From an uncultured Kiritimatiellota bacterium (GTDB lineage Bacteria > Verrucomicrobiota > Kiritimatiellia > RFP12 > DVOR01): 64,000 nucleotides of DNA. The notes beneath the pieces were generated by a model, which was given only the letters and a program-made list of their open reading frames with translations, was not told the origin of the DNA and made no database searches. The stretch spans positions 15,416 to 79,415 of the forward strand of contig CALXMV010000003.1 of assembly GCA_944389565.1 (NCBI GenBank). The letters are read 5' to 3'. How positions within the stretch are numbered: position 1 is the stretch's first letter; the number at the start of each line of letters is the position of its first letter. This document shows, piece by piece, positions 47,220-57,067 of the stretch. Both the position numbers and the translations under genes were made by a program.

Positions 47220-48575
47220 TCAATCCGCGATAACATCACTAATGATATACTTGATCTTACCTCGATTATGCGGGATAAAATCCTTGTACTCCACAGTAAG
47301 TGGCAACGATCCAAGCTGACGTTGCAAATTGGCTGCAACCGTTGCAATGGCTTTCTCCGCATCCGGGTAAGCGTGGTTCATAACAACAGATAATGTCACC
47401 GATTTGTCCTGATGTTGATGAATCTGGAAATTGTGGATGGCATTCAAGCAATCATCGAATGCCGTCGCCCAACATTCGCCAGCGATTTTACCATGTTCCA
47501 AATAAATGAAATCAAACGACCGTCCATGCACGGCATCCATCAACGGAAAGGGACGCCCACACGCACAACGTCCAGGCAACAACCGTCCTCGATCTCCGAG
47601 TCTATAGCGAATGATCGGGAAAACACGATCCATGCAATCCGTCACCAAAATATCCCCCACCTCGCCAACCGGCAAGGGAGTTCCAAACTCATCAACGAAC
47701 TCCAAATGCCGATAGTCACTGTGGATATGCAGGGCCGGGCTACTTATTTCTGCCAAATGTCGGCATTGATTTGCCATCGGATGCGCCTCCGTCGCCACAT
47801 AGTTGTCAAAAACCAAACACCCAAAAGCACGCACGATATCCGCACGAACCGTGCTCGACAACGGGGCCGCGGTCGTAAAAACAGCATCCGGCGCTGGCAA
47901 TTTAATCCCCTGTTGCAAACAATAAACCGCCAATTGATGGATACCACCAACATAGGAGGAAATCCGACGCGGTTTATAATGGCGCCATTGTCTTATGAAA
48001 CGCTCGATCTTTTCCTCTGACATATCCCCTGCATCCAACATAATGTTAGTGGCAGGGAAATTCGCCAAGAAATGTCGAAACCGCGTCTTCCATGTGGCAT
48101 GATGCGTGCGCATGATGGTCGCGGAATTCCCACCTACCGGGACTCCCGTCCATGTCCCCGCCCGCCAATTCATGACGACAGAACTGAACCCATCATCCTT
48201 CAACACCTTTGATGGCTCACCCGTGGATCCTCCCGTAGTATATAGTTTGTACGTGGACTGCGGATGAGCGACTTTAATCGTTTCAAAATTATACCGTAAC
48301 GCCTCGCGGGTCAACATCGGGACCTTCGCCCAATCTTCTTCCGTCTTGACATCGCCAGGCTCCAACCCCGCGGCTTTGTAGAGAGCATGATAATACGGGG
48401 ACTCCTCATATGCGAACTTCAACAAATCCAACCGTAGCCGAAAGTTGAATTCTGCGAGAGCCTCGGGGGAGAGCCGTTCGTTAGCCATCGACTGCCGAAA
48501 CTGTTTCCACCATTGCGGCTTGGCCAAGCGACACCGTATCTCACGCCATTTCTCAGCAAATTTGTCTGTTTTCAT
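47220..48575 (-). CDS. Second phenylacetate--CoA ligase family (CapK-like) protein
   Basis: SPYY, VPMLTR, TTGGSTGEP, FPIIRYRLGD, VHGRS, RGKIKYI. Confidence 0.85.
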   Translation of the reverse strand: MKTDKFAEKWREIRCRLAKPQWWKQFRQSMANERLSPEALAEFNFRLRLDLLKFAYEESPYYHALYKAAGLEPGDVKTEEDWAKVPMLTREALRYNFETIKVAHPQSTYKLYTTGGSTGEPSKVLKDDGFSSVVMNWRAGTWTGVPVGGNSATIMRTHHATWKTRFRHFLANFPATNIMLDAGDMSEEKIERFIRQWRHYKPRRISSYVGGIHQLAVYCLQQGIKLPAPDAVFTTAAPLSSTVRADIVRAFGCLVFDNYVATEAHPMANQCRHLAEISSPALHIHSDYRHLEFVDEFGTPLPVGEVGDILVTDCMDRVFPIIRYRLGDRGRLLPGRCACGRPFPLMDAVHGRSFDFIYLEHGKIAGECWATAFDDCLNAIHNFQIHQHQDKSVTLSVVMNHAYPDAEKAIATVAANLQRQLGSLPLTVEYKDFIPHNRGKIKYIISDVIAD

Positions 48576-48586
48576 AATTCATCCTC

Positions 48587-49792
48587 TCAATGAATTGGCA
48601 TCGTTCTCAGAAGCAAACACGCGAGATCTTTCGCTTTGCCCGTCATGAATGAACGGCGCACACCAAGCCGTACCCCCATCGCTTCCGCAAGCAGGTCACG
48701 ATGACTTTCGCATTGCACGTAATTGTACTGCACTAAGGGATAATTCGATTTTTCCGTTCCACGAAAGAACGCCCAGAGCGTGCGCATCGTATGATAAAGT
48801 CGCTTAAGCCAATCCCGCAAAGACGGACGATGGCCGTCCACCGGATAAAAGCCAAGGTTATGCTCATACAATGAATGGTATAAATCAATAGCGACAGTCT
48901 GCCACGCGCCTCGATAACATGCCTCGTCGTCCAAAACATCCTGCAACGCGGCAAGATATGCGTCCGCGACCTCAGAGCGTTCAATCTTGTCAATCCGAAC
49001 TCCGCCCCCCTCTTCCACAATTCGAACAGGCACGACCTCGCTGAGCAAACTGCCGTCCGATGCGAAAGAGAGATGAACGGTCAAAGACCAAAGCGTATTG
49101 GCGGACTTTCCCCATCTCGCGGGATCTACAAGGAAATTCCCCAACCCATAATAAATCCGCCCATGCTTATAAGTTTCCCATCCCTGCGGAACATGTGCGT
49201 GATGCCCATGAACGACATCCGCCCCCGAATCAATCAAGGCTCGATACCACGCCCGCGCTTCCGGCGTTGGGATGGGGGACATCTCCACCGCGGCATGCAC
49301 CGAAACGATTACGGCATCCACACGCTTTCTCAGCTCACGAATGGCGTCAAACATCCATGCCCCCAAGGGGGCAATACCTGGCACGCCATCATCTGCCATC
49401 CCAAATTGGTGTTCGGCACACGCAAGAATTCCGATGCAACGCCCGGCCTCTTCCACGATGATGGGGGCACACGCACGTTTGGTCTCATCCCCCGCCCCAA
49501 CGACAGGGATGCCACGTGCGCCGCATCGCACCAAAGTCTCCTTCAACCCCTCCACGCCAAAATCCATCATGTGATTATTGGCCAAACAGAAAATCCAACG
49601 GGGGCCCTCCGCCACAAAACCATTCCACACGCGTGGGCCGGCTTTGCGTGGTGGCTCAGGGCAAGACCACTTGGCACGCTCCCCGATCCAAGGCCCCTCC
49701 AAATTACCCAACACCCACTCTCCGCCATTGAGCCAGGCGGGCAGAATCACATGATTTGTGAAACCGACATGGTCTCCCACCAAAAACATCAC
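48587..49792 (-). CDS. CapA/PgsA-family metallophosphoesterase-like protein
   Basis: VGD, GNLE, LANNHMMDFG, VSVH, GADVVHGHHAHVPQG, YGLGNF. Confidence 0.85.
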   Translation of the reverse strand: MMFLVGDHVGFTNHVILPAWLNGGEWVLGNLEGPWIGERAKWSCPEPPRKAGPRVWNGFVAEGPRWIFCLANNHMMDFGVEGLKETLVRCGARGIPVVGAGDETKRACAPIIVEEAGRCIGILACAEHQFGMADDGVPGIAPLGAWMFDAIRELRKRVDAVIVSVHAAVEMSPIPTPEARAWYRALIDSGADVVHGHHAHVPQGWETYKHGRIYYGLGNFLVDPARWGKSANTLWSLTVHLSFASDGSLLSEVVPVRIVEEGGGVRIDKIERSEVADAYLAALQDVLDDEACYRGAWQTVAIDLYHSLYEHNLGFYPVDGHRPSLRDWLKRLYHTMRTLWAFFRGTEKSNYPLVQYNYVQCESHRDLLAEAMGVRLGVRRSFMTGKAKDLACLLLRTMPIH

Positions 49793-50826
49793 ACCCCTCC
49801 CAGACGTTTAGACAAATCCAGAACCCGCTCCGCAAAAACCGCCCGACCGAATTTCGACGCACAAGCCACGGAAGCACGCTGGGCCTGGTCAAAGCGTAGG
49901 CTGTCCCATCCCATCAATGTCCGCATGGCATTCGCAATCGAACCGACACGCATAGGATTGAAGGATAAACCATTCGCCTTTGTCAGGAAATCCGGCGAAG
50001 CCCCAATCCGGTCACTCAAAAGCAAGGCACATCCAGAGAGCGCAGCCTCATGCACCACGACCCCCCAATGCTCCTCACGGCTAGCCAAGACAAAAGCCTT
50101 CGCGGCCTGATATTTTTCGGACAGCTCGACCGGTTGCAGGAAATCATTCACCACGATTCTTGGATGACACGGGATCCGATTCCGCAAAGGGCCTCTGCCA
50201 CAAAACTCCAATGTCCACGTCGGATACTCATCGGCCACGCGAAGAAAGGCCTCTGCAACTGCCAACACATTTTTGCGCTCGTTCAATTGCCCTACGCATA
50301 AAATAACATTCCTGCGCTCCCCCATTGGCTTTCGACAGCCAAATGTCGTGTCATCCCCTGAGTAAAACCCCTTCACGATGCGTTCTTTCGGCACGCCAAA
50401 GAAACGCAACAGACGCGTCCCACTTGCCCCTGGCACAAAAAACGCGTCAAACATTCCACGTTGCATCAATCGAAAACGCGCTGCCCGTGCCACATTCCTC
50501 CATGTCAACTCCCAATTGTTGTCCACGCAACACACCACAGGGCGCCCTGCCTTCCGGGCCTCCCTGCAAAACCTATTGAAAATTGGCTCATTCCAACCCG
50601 ACGTGAAAACAACTCCATATTTCGTCCCACATAAATCCTCCAACGTACATGTCTCTGAGGGCTTAACCCAGACAATCCGCCCGCCGAACATATTCTCAAT
50701 CCCCTCATAGGGGAATGAAGACCTGATTGCAACAATCGTCACGGCCGCATATCGCTTCCGTAACGCCTCCAACGCCTGTACCCCATATGCCGTCAGACCA
50801 TTCCAGAAAAAAAGAATCTCGCGCAT
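49789..50826 (-). CDS. Glycosyltransferase family 4
   Basis: CVGQLNERKN, FVLASREEHWGVVVHEAALSG. Confidence 0.87.
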   Translation of the reverse strand: MREILFFWNGLTAYGVQALEALRKRYAAVTIVAIRSSFPYEGIENMFGGRIVWVKPSETCTLEDLCGTKYGVVFTSGWNEPIFNRFCREARKAGRPVVCCVDNNWELTWRNVARAARFRLMQRGMFDAFFVPGASGTRLLRFFGVPKERIVKGFYSGDDTTFGCRKPMGERRNVILCVGQLNERKNVLAVAEAFLRVADEYPTWTLEFCGRGPLRNRIPCHPRIVVNDFLQPVELSEKYQAAKAFVLASREEHWGVVVHEAALSGCALLLSDRIGASPDFLTKANGLSFNPMRVGSIANAMRTLMGWDSLRFDQAQRASVACASKFGRAVFAERVLDLSKRLGGV

Positions 50827-50861
50827 TTCACACCTCAATCAATTACTCCCCTACTCCCCAT

Positions 50862-51623
50862 TCATCCACGCCTCTTGGAAGTTCTAAAATGCCTGACAAA
50901 GCACGCCGCCACAACGAAAAGCGAATCCAATGCCTTCCCTGTCCCACGACATACCACATAGATAATCCGTTTCAGAAAAGTCCTATGTTCCTGAGGAACT
51001 TCAATTCCCGTAGTTCCAATGTCTGAGAGGAATTGAGTACAATTTTGCGTGCAACACCGCGGGTGTGCGTGATAAAGTGCCAAAATGTGCATACTGACCC
51101 ATCGCCCCCAAAAATCACACGGAACTTTCAAAGGCAGATTTGCTTTTAACAACGCAATCGCCGCCGTACGGGTCAAAACATATCCTTCTGTCCTGATATC
51201 CGATTGCGTCGGATAGATTCCCTGTGCGCGTTCCACGTTCTTCCCAGTATGATTGGAGAGCAAGACCACCTGCGGCTCTCCGGGGCGCACCCATGCCTCC
51301 ACACGCCGTAGCTGATCGGGGAACGCGTCTTCCAAGAGCACGTCGTCCTCCAAGACGCATGCCATCGGAATCCGCTCCTCCACCATGCGTCGATAAATGG
51401 CGTAGTGCGACAACGCGCATCCGATTTCGCCATCACGGATGGTGCGCCCAACCGCGCACCACCACCGAAAACGATTCACGGCGCGTCGCTTTTCCTCCTC
51501 GGGCAAGGCCTTGCCGTAGACTGCGGGGAAGCGCTCGTATTCCACGCCGAGGCGTTTCAGCTGGGCATCCGCGGCCGCAAGCCGATCCGGGTTTTTGTCG
51601 AGATTGATCAGGAAGACTTTCAT
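50862..51623 (-). CDS. Glycosyltransferase family 25
   Basis: VFLINLDKNPDR, ERFPAVYG, GEIGCALSH, VLEDD. Confidence 0.88.
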   Translation of the reverse strand: MKVFLINLDKNPDRLAAADAQLKRLGVEYERFPAVYGKALPEEEKRRAVNRFRWWCAVGRTIRDGEIGCALSHYAIYRRMVEERIPMACVLEDDVLLEDAFPDQLRRVEAWVRPGEPQVVLLSNHTGKNVERAQGIYPTQSDIRTEGYVLTRTAAIALLKANLPLKVPCDFWGRWVSMHILALYHAHPRCCTQNCTQFLSDIGTTGIEVPQEHRTFLKRIIYVVCRGTGKALDSLFVVAACFVRHFRTSKRRG

Positions 51624-52645
51624 GAGCGACCTATCCCCAAAACTTCACGTATGGCAAGATCCGAGCAATCATGGGCGAGCTGGAGCTGACGCCAATGCGG
51701 CGTGATGCCTTTATAACCGCGCATCTGGCAGATTAGGCAAAGCACCCGCCACAGCAAGGGGACATGAAGGAATGCGTAGAGCAGACGTTTCCCCCAGAGC
51801 ACGCGCCATCCGAGGCAACGATGATAGGATTCTCCCCGCTTGCGCCAGACATAGGTGTCCGCGAAGGCGTGCCACAGACGGAATCGGCCGGAGGCGACCT
51901 CCCCGTATTTGCGCACCCATGGATTGCCGCACACGTAGTGCACCACGGGGCGTTCGGCAAGTTTTTCGTCGGTCAGGAAAATCTGCAGGCGGTCGAACTT
52001 CTGTGGGGCAAAGGCCTTGTGTCCATGGAAGACGACATTCATGGCCGTCTGGTCCGGGAGCGCGACGTCCGGATAATCCTTGAAGAACTGCTGAATCCGC
52101 TCGGGGATTTTGTCTTCACGGCATTTCTTGAAATTGAAAAGCATGACCCCGGAATTGAAATACTCCGAGTCCGGGATTGTCACCCCGCACCGCCGCGCGG
52201 CCCACTCGCACTCCCCCCGCCGGCAACGTTCGGATTCCTCTTGGACGACCACCGCGTAGGCATTTGCGTCACGATAGGAGAAATGCTCCTCGACGGAGGC
52301 CAGATAGAGCACGTCGCAATCCAAATAGAGGCACCAATCCACATCCTTCAGGATATACGGGAAGAAGCACCGCACACTGGCCATGCGCGACCCGGCCCAG
52401 TAAGGCAGCCCGGCGAGGATGGTCTCATCGCACACGTGCTGCTCCACGACCCCATTCGGGTGAAGTCGTGACAGGACCTCCCTCGCCTCCTCCATCGTCT
52501 CTTGGCGGACATCCTCCGTGAACACATGAAAATGCAAAGGCGTCTCCCGCCGTGCGAAAGCCGCCACCCCGGCCAACGCCACGAGAGCCCCTGGCATATA
52601 CCTCTCATTCGCCGCGACCGCTACGTGAAAAGTCTCTTGCGCCAT
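51620..52645 (-). CDS. Glycosyltransferase family 8
   Basis: LYLDCD, YFNSGVMLFN, PDQTAMN, VVHY..GNPW. Confidence 0.88.
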   Translation of the reverse strand: MAQETFHVAVAANERYMPGALVALAGVAAFARRETPLHFHVFTEDVRQETMEEAREVLSRLHPNGVVEQHVCDETILAGLPYWAGSRMASVRCFFPYILKDVDWCLYLDCDVLYLASVEEHFSYRDANAYAVVVQEESERCRRGECEWAARRCGVTIPDSEYFNSGVMLFNFKKCREDKIPERIQQFFKDYPDVALPDQTAMNVVFHGHKAFAPQKFDRLQIFLTDEKLAERPVVHYVCGNPWVRKYGEVASGRFRLWHAFADTYVWRKRGESYHRCLGWRVLWGKRLLYAFLHVPLLWRVLCLICQMRGYKGITPHWRQLQLAHDCSDLAIREVLGIGRS

Positions 52646-53630
52646 TATTTTTGCTCCTCGACCACGCCTTCAGGCGGACACACCGCCCAACGAACCATTG
52701 GCTGACAGTATACCAAGGCGTCGCCCAAAAAAGCAAGGCCGTTGTGCGGAATGCGATGGTCGTGCCATGTGTCCCCCAAGCCATGCGCAAAAGCGCCCAC
52801 CTCCACCGGCGATACCACGCCACCCGCGTCTGCCGGTCAGACAAACGCGCCATCCACCCCATCTGGCCCAGTGCCAAAACCTTCTCGCAATTGCGCAAGA
52901 CGTCCCGTGCGACCGGTCGTGCCCCAGAAACGTACAGGCCAAGAATCGCGCTCCAAGCACCCCATTCGCTTTGCAACCGCGCCACCGAGACAGACGATGT
53001 CGTGGCGGAGCCTTCCCGTCGCCGATACCAATAAAGCGGTATCTCCGCCAAAACAACCCGCCGTGCACGACAAAACCACATCGTCATGAACAGCACATCC
53101 TCGGAATGCGTGAACGGGCGAAACCGGATTGCTCCCCCTCGCGGCATCCGATAGGCGAATTCCCAAAAGCTGTGCCGAGCCAACGCCAATGAGATCCCAT
53201 CCTCGGCATTGATGACACGCACGCCCCCAAGACGAGGAATCGTCTTCCCCACGTCCTCCCATGTCTCTCCCATCCGAAAGGCGATCATGTCCGCGTCCGG
53301 GCACCGAGCGTCCAACTCCCGGATCGTCGCCAACCACGTAGGCGCAACCGCATCGTCGCCATCGAGAAAAAGCAACCACCGTCCCCGAACACGCCCCAAC
53401 GCCCGATTTCTGGCGGCCGCCACCCCCGCATTTCGTTGATGGATGACATGGAAGCGCCCATCCCCCCGCACCGCCTCGTCCAAATAACCTCCCCCGCCAT
53501 CCGCGCTCCCATCATCCACGCACCAACACTCCCACAGGTCATAAGTTTGCCGTGCCACGGACCGCAACGCCTCATGGATGTACGCCCGAACCATGTACAC
53601 GGGGACGACAATCGAAAAATCAGGGGGCAT
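52605..53630 (-). CDS. Glycosyltransferase family 2 (first gene of the leftward operon)
   Basis: FSIVVPVY, CVDDGS, HQRNAGVAAARN, FLDGDD; AAGGAG/GGAG RBS directly outside cassette 1. Confidence 0.87.
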   Translation of the reverse strand: MPPDFSIVVPVYMVRAYIHEALRSVARQTYDLWECWCVDDGSADGGGGYLDEAVRGDGRFHVIHQRNAGVAAARNRALGRVRGRWLLFLDGDDAVAPTWLATIRELDARCPDADMIAFRMGETWEDVGKTIPRLGGVRVINAEDGISLALARHSFWEFAYRMPRGGAIRFRPFTHSEDVLFMTMWFCRARRVVLAEIPLYWYRRREGSATTSSVSVARLQSEWGAWSAILGLYVSGARPVARDVLRNCEKVLALGQMGWMARLSDRQTRVAWYRRWRWALLRMAWGTHGTTIAFRTTALLFWATPWYTVSQWFVGRCVRLKAWSRSKNNGARDFSRSGRGE

Positions 53631-53651
53631 AGCTTCTCCGAGACTCCTTTG

Positions 53652-53752
53652 GGCGTTTAGACGGACGTTTAAACGCACTACCCCGGGAATCGGATTTGCT
53701 ATACTTTGTGCGTTTGTTTTCACCCGTGCGTTTAAACGTCCGTTTAAACGCC
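53652..53752 (+). promoter_or_regulatory. Putative invertible promoter cassette 1 (core GA/TC), promoter currently facing right
   Basis: 27-bp inverted repeats 53652-53678 / 53726-53752 (1 mismatch) enclosing TGCTATACT at 53697-53705. Confidence 0.8.
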
Positions 53753-53781
53753 GCACCTGCGTCACAGAAAGGGCGTCAGCC

Positions 53782-54936
53782 ATGTCGAGCCAATCTTTGC
53801 GGATTCCTCCCGCGGAGGAACTGATTTCCACGATTCTTCAGGTACGGGAGTGCCTGCGCACGGCTGACCCGGAAGACGTTGGGGCCCCTCGTGACTTTCC
53901 CATCCCCGATCCGCCCAAGGCGCCACCGCTCGTCAGCGTCGAGGTTTTGGTCTATAACCAAGCCCGTACCCTGCGCCATTGCGTCGAGAGCATTGTGGCA
54001 CAAAAGACCGACTTCCCATTTGAGATCATCATCGGCAACGATTGCAGCACCGACGATTCATTGGACGTGGCCCGCGCCCTACAACGTGAGCATCCTGACA
54101 AAATCCGCATTCTTTCCACGCGCCGGAACGTCGGGCTCAACCGTAACGCTCGGAATGTCCGCCGCGCCATGCGCGGGACGTTCGCGGCATTTTGCGAGGG
54201 GGACGACTGGTGGCTCACCGAGACACGCCTGCAAGGACAGGTCGACCTCCTTCGCGCGCACCCGGAAGTCTCGCTCGTGCATGGATACACGCGGTTCTAC
54301 GACGAAGCCTCGGGGGCGCTCACGGAGAACGCCTTGCGATTCCGCCTGCCACCGAACCGCTTCGCGAGAATCCTTGATGAGACCTATCGTGTCGAGACCG
54401 CCGGGGTTGTCTGCCGTGTGAGGGATCTCTTGCGGATCTACGACGAGTGCCCGCATCTCATCGACGCGCGTTTCCGCATGCTCGACACGCAACTCTTCTG
54501 CCTGCTTGCCTCATGGGGTGATGTCGTCTGCCTTCCCCACCCCGTTTCGGTCCGCCGCTATTCGGGCCATTCGCTAAGCCGCAACGGGGATCTCGCCAAG
54601 AGTCTGACCTACCACGACAACGCCTTCGCCATGATGCTCACGCTCTGCGACCATTTCCGCCAAGGCCCAAGGGCACGGGCACGTATCGCCAACCACTATC
54701 TGTCGAGCGCCTACCAAGCGCTATGCAAGGTCTTCACAAGGCGCGAGGCCTCTCACGTCCTCCGTACGCTCTATCCAGAGTTCAAATTGAGAATTGGGTT
54801 ATTGCGGCTTTTTCCGGAACCGCGTAACCGCCTGCTCCGAAAGCTCTTCTATCATTTTCTCTTTCCGGTCGCCAAATACAGGCATAGTTTCAAGAGTGAG
54901 CCCGTGCCCACCACACGCGTAGCTTTTGGCGGTTGA
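53782..54936 (+). CDS. Glycosyltransferase family 2
   Basis: LVSVEVLVYNQ, QKTDFPFEIIIGNDCSTD, AFCEGDDWW...LQGQVDLL. Confidence 0.87.
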   Translation: MSSQSLRIPPAEELISTILQVRECLRTADPEDVGAPRDFPIPDPPKAPPLVSVEVLVYNQARTLRHCVESIVAQKTDFPFEIIIGNDCSTDDSLDVARALQREHPDKIRILSTRRNVGLNRNARNVRRAMRGTFAAFCEGDDWWLTETRLQGQVDLLRAHPEVSLVHGYTRFYDEASGALTENALRFRLPPNRFARILDETYRVETAGVVCRVRDLLRIYDECPHLIDARFRMLDTQLFCLLASWGDVVCLPHPVSVRRYSGHSLSRNGDLAKSLTYHDNAFAMMLTLCDHFRQGPRARARIANHYLSSAYQALCKVFTRREASHVLRTLYPEFKLRIGLLRLFPEPRNRLLRKLFYHFLFPVAKYRHSFKSEPVPTTRVAFGG

Positions 54937-55921
54937 TTCGCCGTTTGACCCAATAAGGCATCACACACAGAATCCAGGCCACCCACGGCCGCCGGAAACG
55001 CGTCAGCACCCGTAACGCCATGCGTTGCCACGGGGAGAACGTTGCGTCGATATGCGCAATCGCGTCCAATGCCACCAACCAGCGTCTCCATAAGGCCTCA
55101 CGACGGACCTGGCCCATAATCTCCGATGCGATGCGCTCCACCACGCCACCATACAGCATTCGCACGAACGATGCGTCCCGCGCCAGCGGCGTGCCCATAA
55201 TCGCGACGAACGCGGCCTCGCCAAACGCGATTCCGTCCGCGACACGCTTCTCCGTAACGGCACTTCGCATCGCCGAGCCTTGACGCAAGCGTAACCCATA
55301 CGGCTTCCACGCCTGAATCGCCGCCACGCGCATCCGGACGATGGCCCGTATCAAAAACAGCAAATCCTCCCCGTATCTCAGCGTGACGTCAAAACGCAAC
55401 CCATCAAGCAACCCACGGCGGTAAGCCACCTCACAGAATGCTCCATACATGGCACGATGATCCGCCGGAGCGCCATCCGCGCCAAGTGTCACAAAGCGTT
55501 GCCCAAGCGGGACCGGACAAGACGGGAAACACACACCATGCTCATCCCCCACGGTCGCCCGAAAAAGAACGGCATCCAAATCCCGCGGGGCGGTCTCGAT
55601 CGTCCGCGCGACCTCCCGCAACAGATGCGGATGAAAGAGGTCATCCCCGTCCAAGAAAAGCACCCACTCGCCACGTATCCGCGCCAACGCCCGATTCCGT
55701 GCCGCCGAGACGCCCCGATTGGGTTGGTGAACAGCCCGAAAACGCGCATCCGCACGCACGGCAGAATCCACGATTTCGTCCAACCCATCCCCGCTCCCAT
55801 CATCGACGCAAACGCACTCCCAACGGAATTCCGATTGCGCCAAAACCGAGGCCAAACACTCTTGAAGATACGCGCGCACACGGTAACAGGGGACAACGAT
55901 CGAAAACATTCGCCGAGACAC
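54890..55921 (-). CDS. Glycosyltransferase family 2
   Basis: FSIVVPCY, CVDDGS, HQPNRGVSAARN, FLDGDD, YGEDLLF; GGAGG RBS. Confidence 0.87.
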   Translation of the reverse strand: MSRRMFSIVVPCYRVRAYLQECLASVLAQSEFRWECVCVDDGSGDGLDEIVDSAVRADARFRAVHQPNRGVSAARNRALARIRGEWVLFLDGDDLFHPHLLREVARTIETAPRDLDAVLFRATVGDEHGVCFPSCPVPLGQRFVTLGADGAPADHRAMYGAFCEVAYRRGLLDGLRFDVTLRYGEDLLFLIRAIVRMRVAAIQAWKPYGLRLRQGSAMRSAVTEKRVADGIAFGEAAFVAIMGTPLARDASFVRMLYGGVVERIASEIMGQVRREALWRRWLVALDAIAHIDATFSPWQRMALRVLTRFRRPWVAWILCVMPYWVKRRINRQKLRVWWARAHS

Positions 55922-55935
55922 GAATCAACCCTCCG

Positions 55936-56044
55936 ATGGTGCGTTTAAACGACCGTCTAAACGCATCAGTGAAACGATGACGAGAAGTATAGCAAAACCG
56001 TGTGACGGGGGTAGTGCGTTTAGACGGTCGTTTAAACGCACCAT
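55936..56044 (-). promoter_or_regulatory. Putative invertible promoter cassette 2 (core AC/GT), promoter currently facing left
   Basis: Perfect 30-bp inverted repeats 55936-55965 / 56015-56044 enclosing TGCTATACT on the minus strand at 55986-55994. Confidence 0.82.
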
Positions 56045-56070
56045 TTGTTTGTATCGCTGTCTGCAAGCCA

Positions 56071-57063
56071 ATGATTTACGATTGTTTCACCTTCTTCAAC
56101 GAACTCGACTTGCTCGAAATCCGCCTGAACATTCTCAAGGACGTCGTGGATCGCTTCATCGTCGTGGAGGCGACACAGACTCATCAAGGGGCGCCCAAGC
56201 CCCTCTTGCTTCAGGAAAACATCGCCCGTTTCGCACCGTTCAAAGGCAAACTCATTCACGTCATCGCCGACAATCCACCCTCCTCATCAGGTGCGCCGCG
56301 TGACGCGAATGGCAACAACTGGGTGATCGAGAATTGGCAACGTGCCAAAATCGACGAAGCATTGCAAAATTGTCAGGACGATGATGTCATCATCGTCTCG
56401 GATCTCGATGAGATTCCACGACCGGAGGCCATCCTGCGCAACCACCCCCGTCCCGGCATCACGACCCTCTGCGTGGACAACTACAATTTCTTCCTCGACT
56501 TCCGAAGTTCCGAGCCGCCCTTCCCCGTCATCAAAATGGTGCGCTACGATTATTATCGGGACGTACTCCCGCGATTGCCCTTCCCTGAGAACCAAAAATT
56601 CCGTTTTTTGCCTTGTTACTGGGGAACCTCAAACCCAAACAAACTCCGTGCCATGGACGGGAATCGCCTCATCCCCCACGGAGGCTGGCACTTTTCCTAT
56701 CTGGGTGGTCTTGAGCGCGTCCTGAAAAAACGCCAATCCATCGTCGAGCAACAGTACAATGACGCGGAGACGACCACGGCGCAATGGGTGTCACGGCGGA
56801 TCCGACAAGGTCGCGACATCTATCGCCGCGGGTATCTTTTCTATCCCACGGCACGCTCCCTACCGAACTTCTTGCGCCGTAACCGGAAACGCTACGACCA
56901 TCTCTTCTGGCACCCCTCCGCCCCTTGGGAGAGATCGCTCCTCACGATGCGTTTCATGCTGTTACGTCTCTGCAATCACGCTGTCCGATTTGGGCGACGC
57001 ACCAAACTTCTCACCCCGTTTGAACGACTCATCCCCATCATAAAGCGACTGATTACCCGATGA
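56071..57063 (+). CDS. Glycosyltransferase family 17 (beta-1,4-GlcNAc-transferase-like)
   Basis: MIYDCFTFFNELDLLEIRL, FIVVEA..THQG.PKPL, ENWQR, IIVSDLDEIP, GGWHFSYLGG. Confidence 0.85.
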   Translation: MIYDCFTFFNELDLLEIRLNILKDVVDRFIVVEATQTHQGAPKPLLLQENIARFAPFKGKLIHVIADNPPSSSGAPRDANGNNWVIENWQRAKIDEALQNCQDDDVIIVSDLDEIPRPEAILRNHPRPGITTLCVDNYNFFLDFRSSEPPFPVIKMVRYDYYRDVLPRLPFPENQKFRFLPCYWGTSNPNKLRAMDGNRLIPHGGWHFSYLGGLERVLKKRQSIVEQQYNDAETTTAQWVSRRIRQGRDIYRRGYLFYPTARSLPNFLRRNRKRYDHLFWHPSAPWERSLLTMRFMLLRLCNHAVRFGRRTKLLTPFERLIPIIKRLITR

Positions 57064-57067
57064 AACC

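Noticed and set aside
48587-49792. Poly-gamma-glutamate capsule synthesis
   Set aside because: Only a CapA-family gene is present; no capB or capC homologues in the window.
49803-49813. gacgtttagac resembling one arm of the inverton site
   Set aside because: Single half-site inside the GT4 coding end, with no partner arm or promoter; probably chance.
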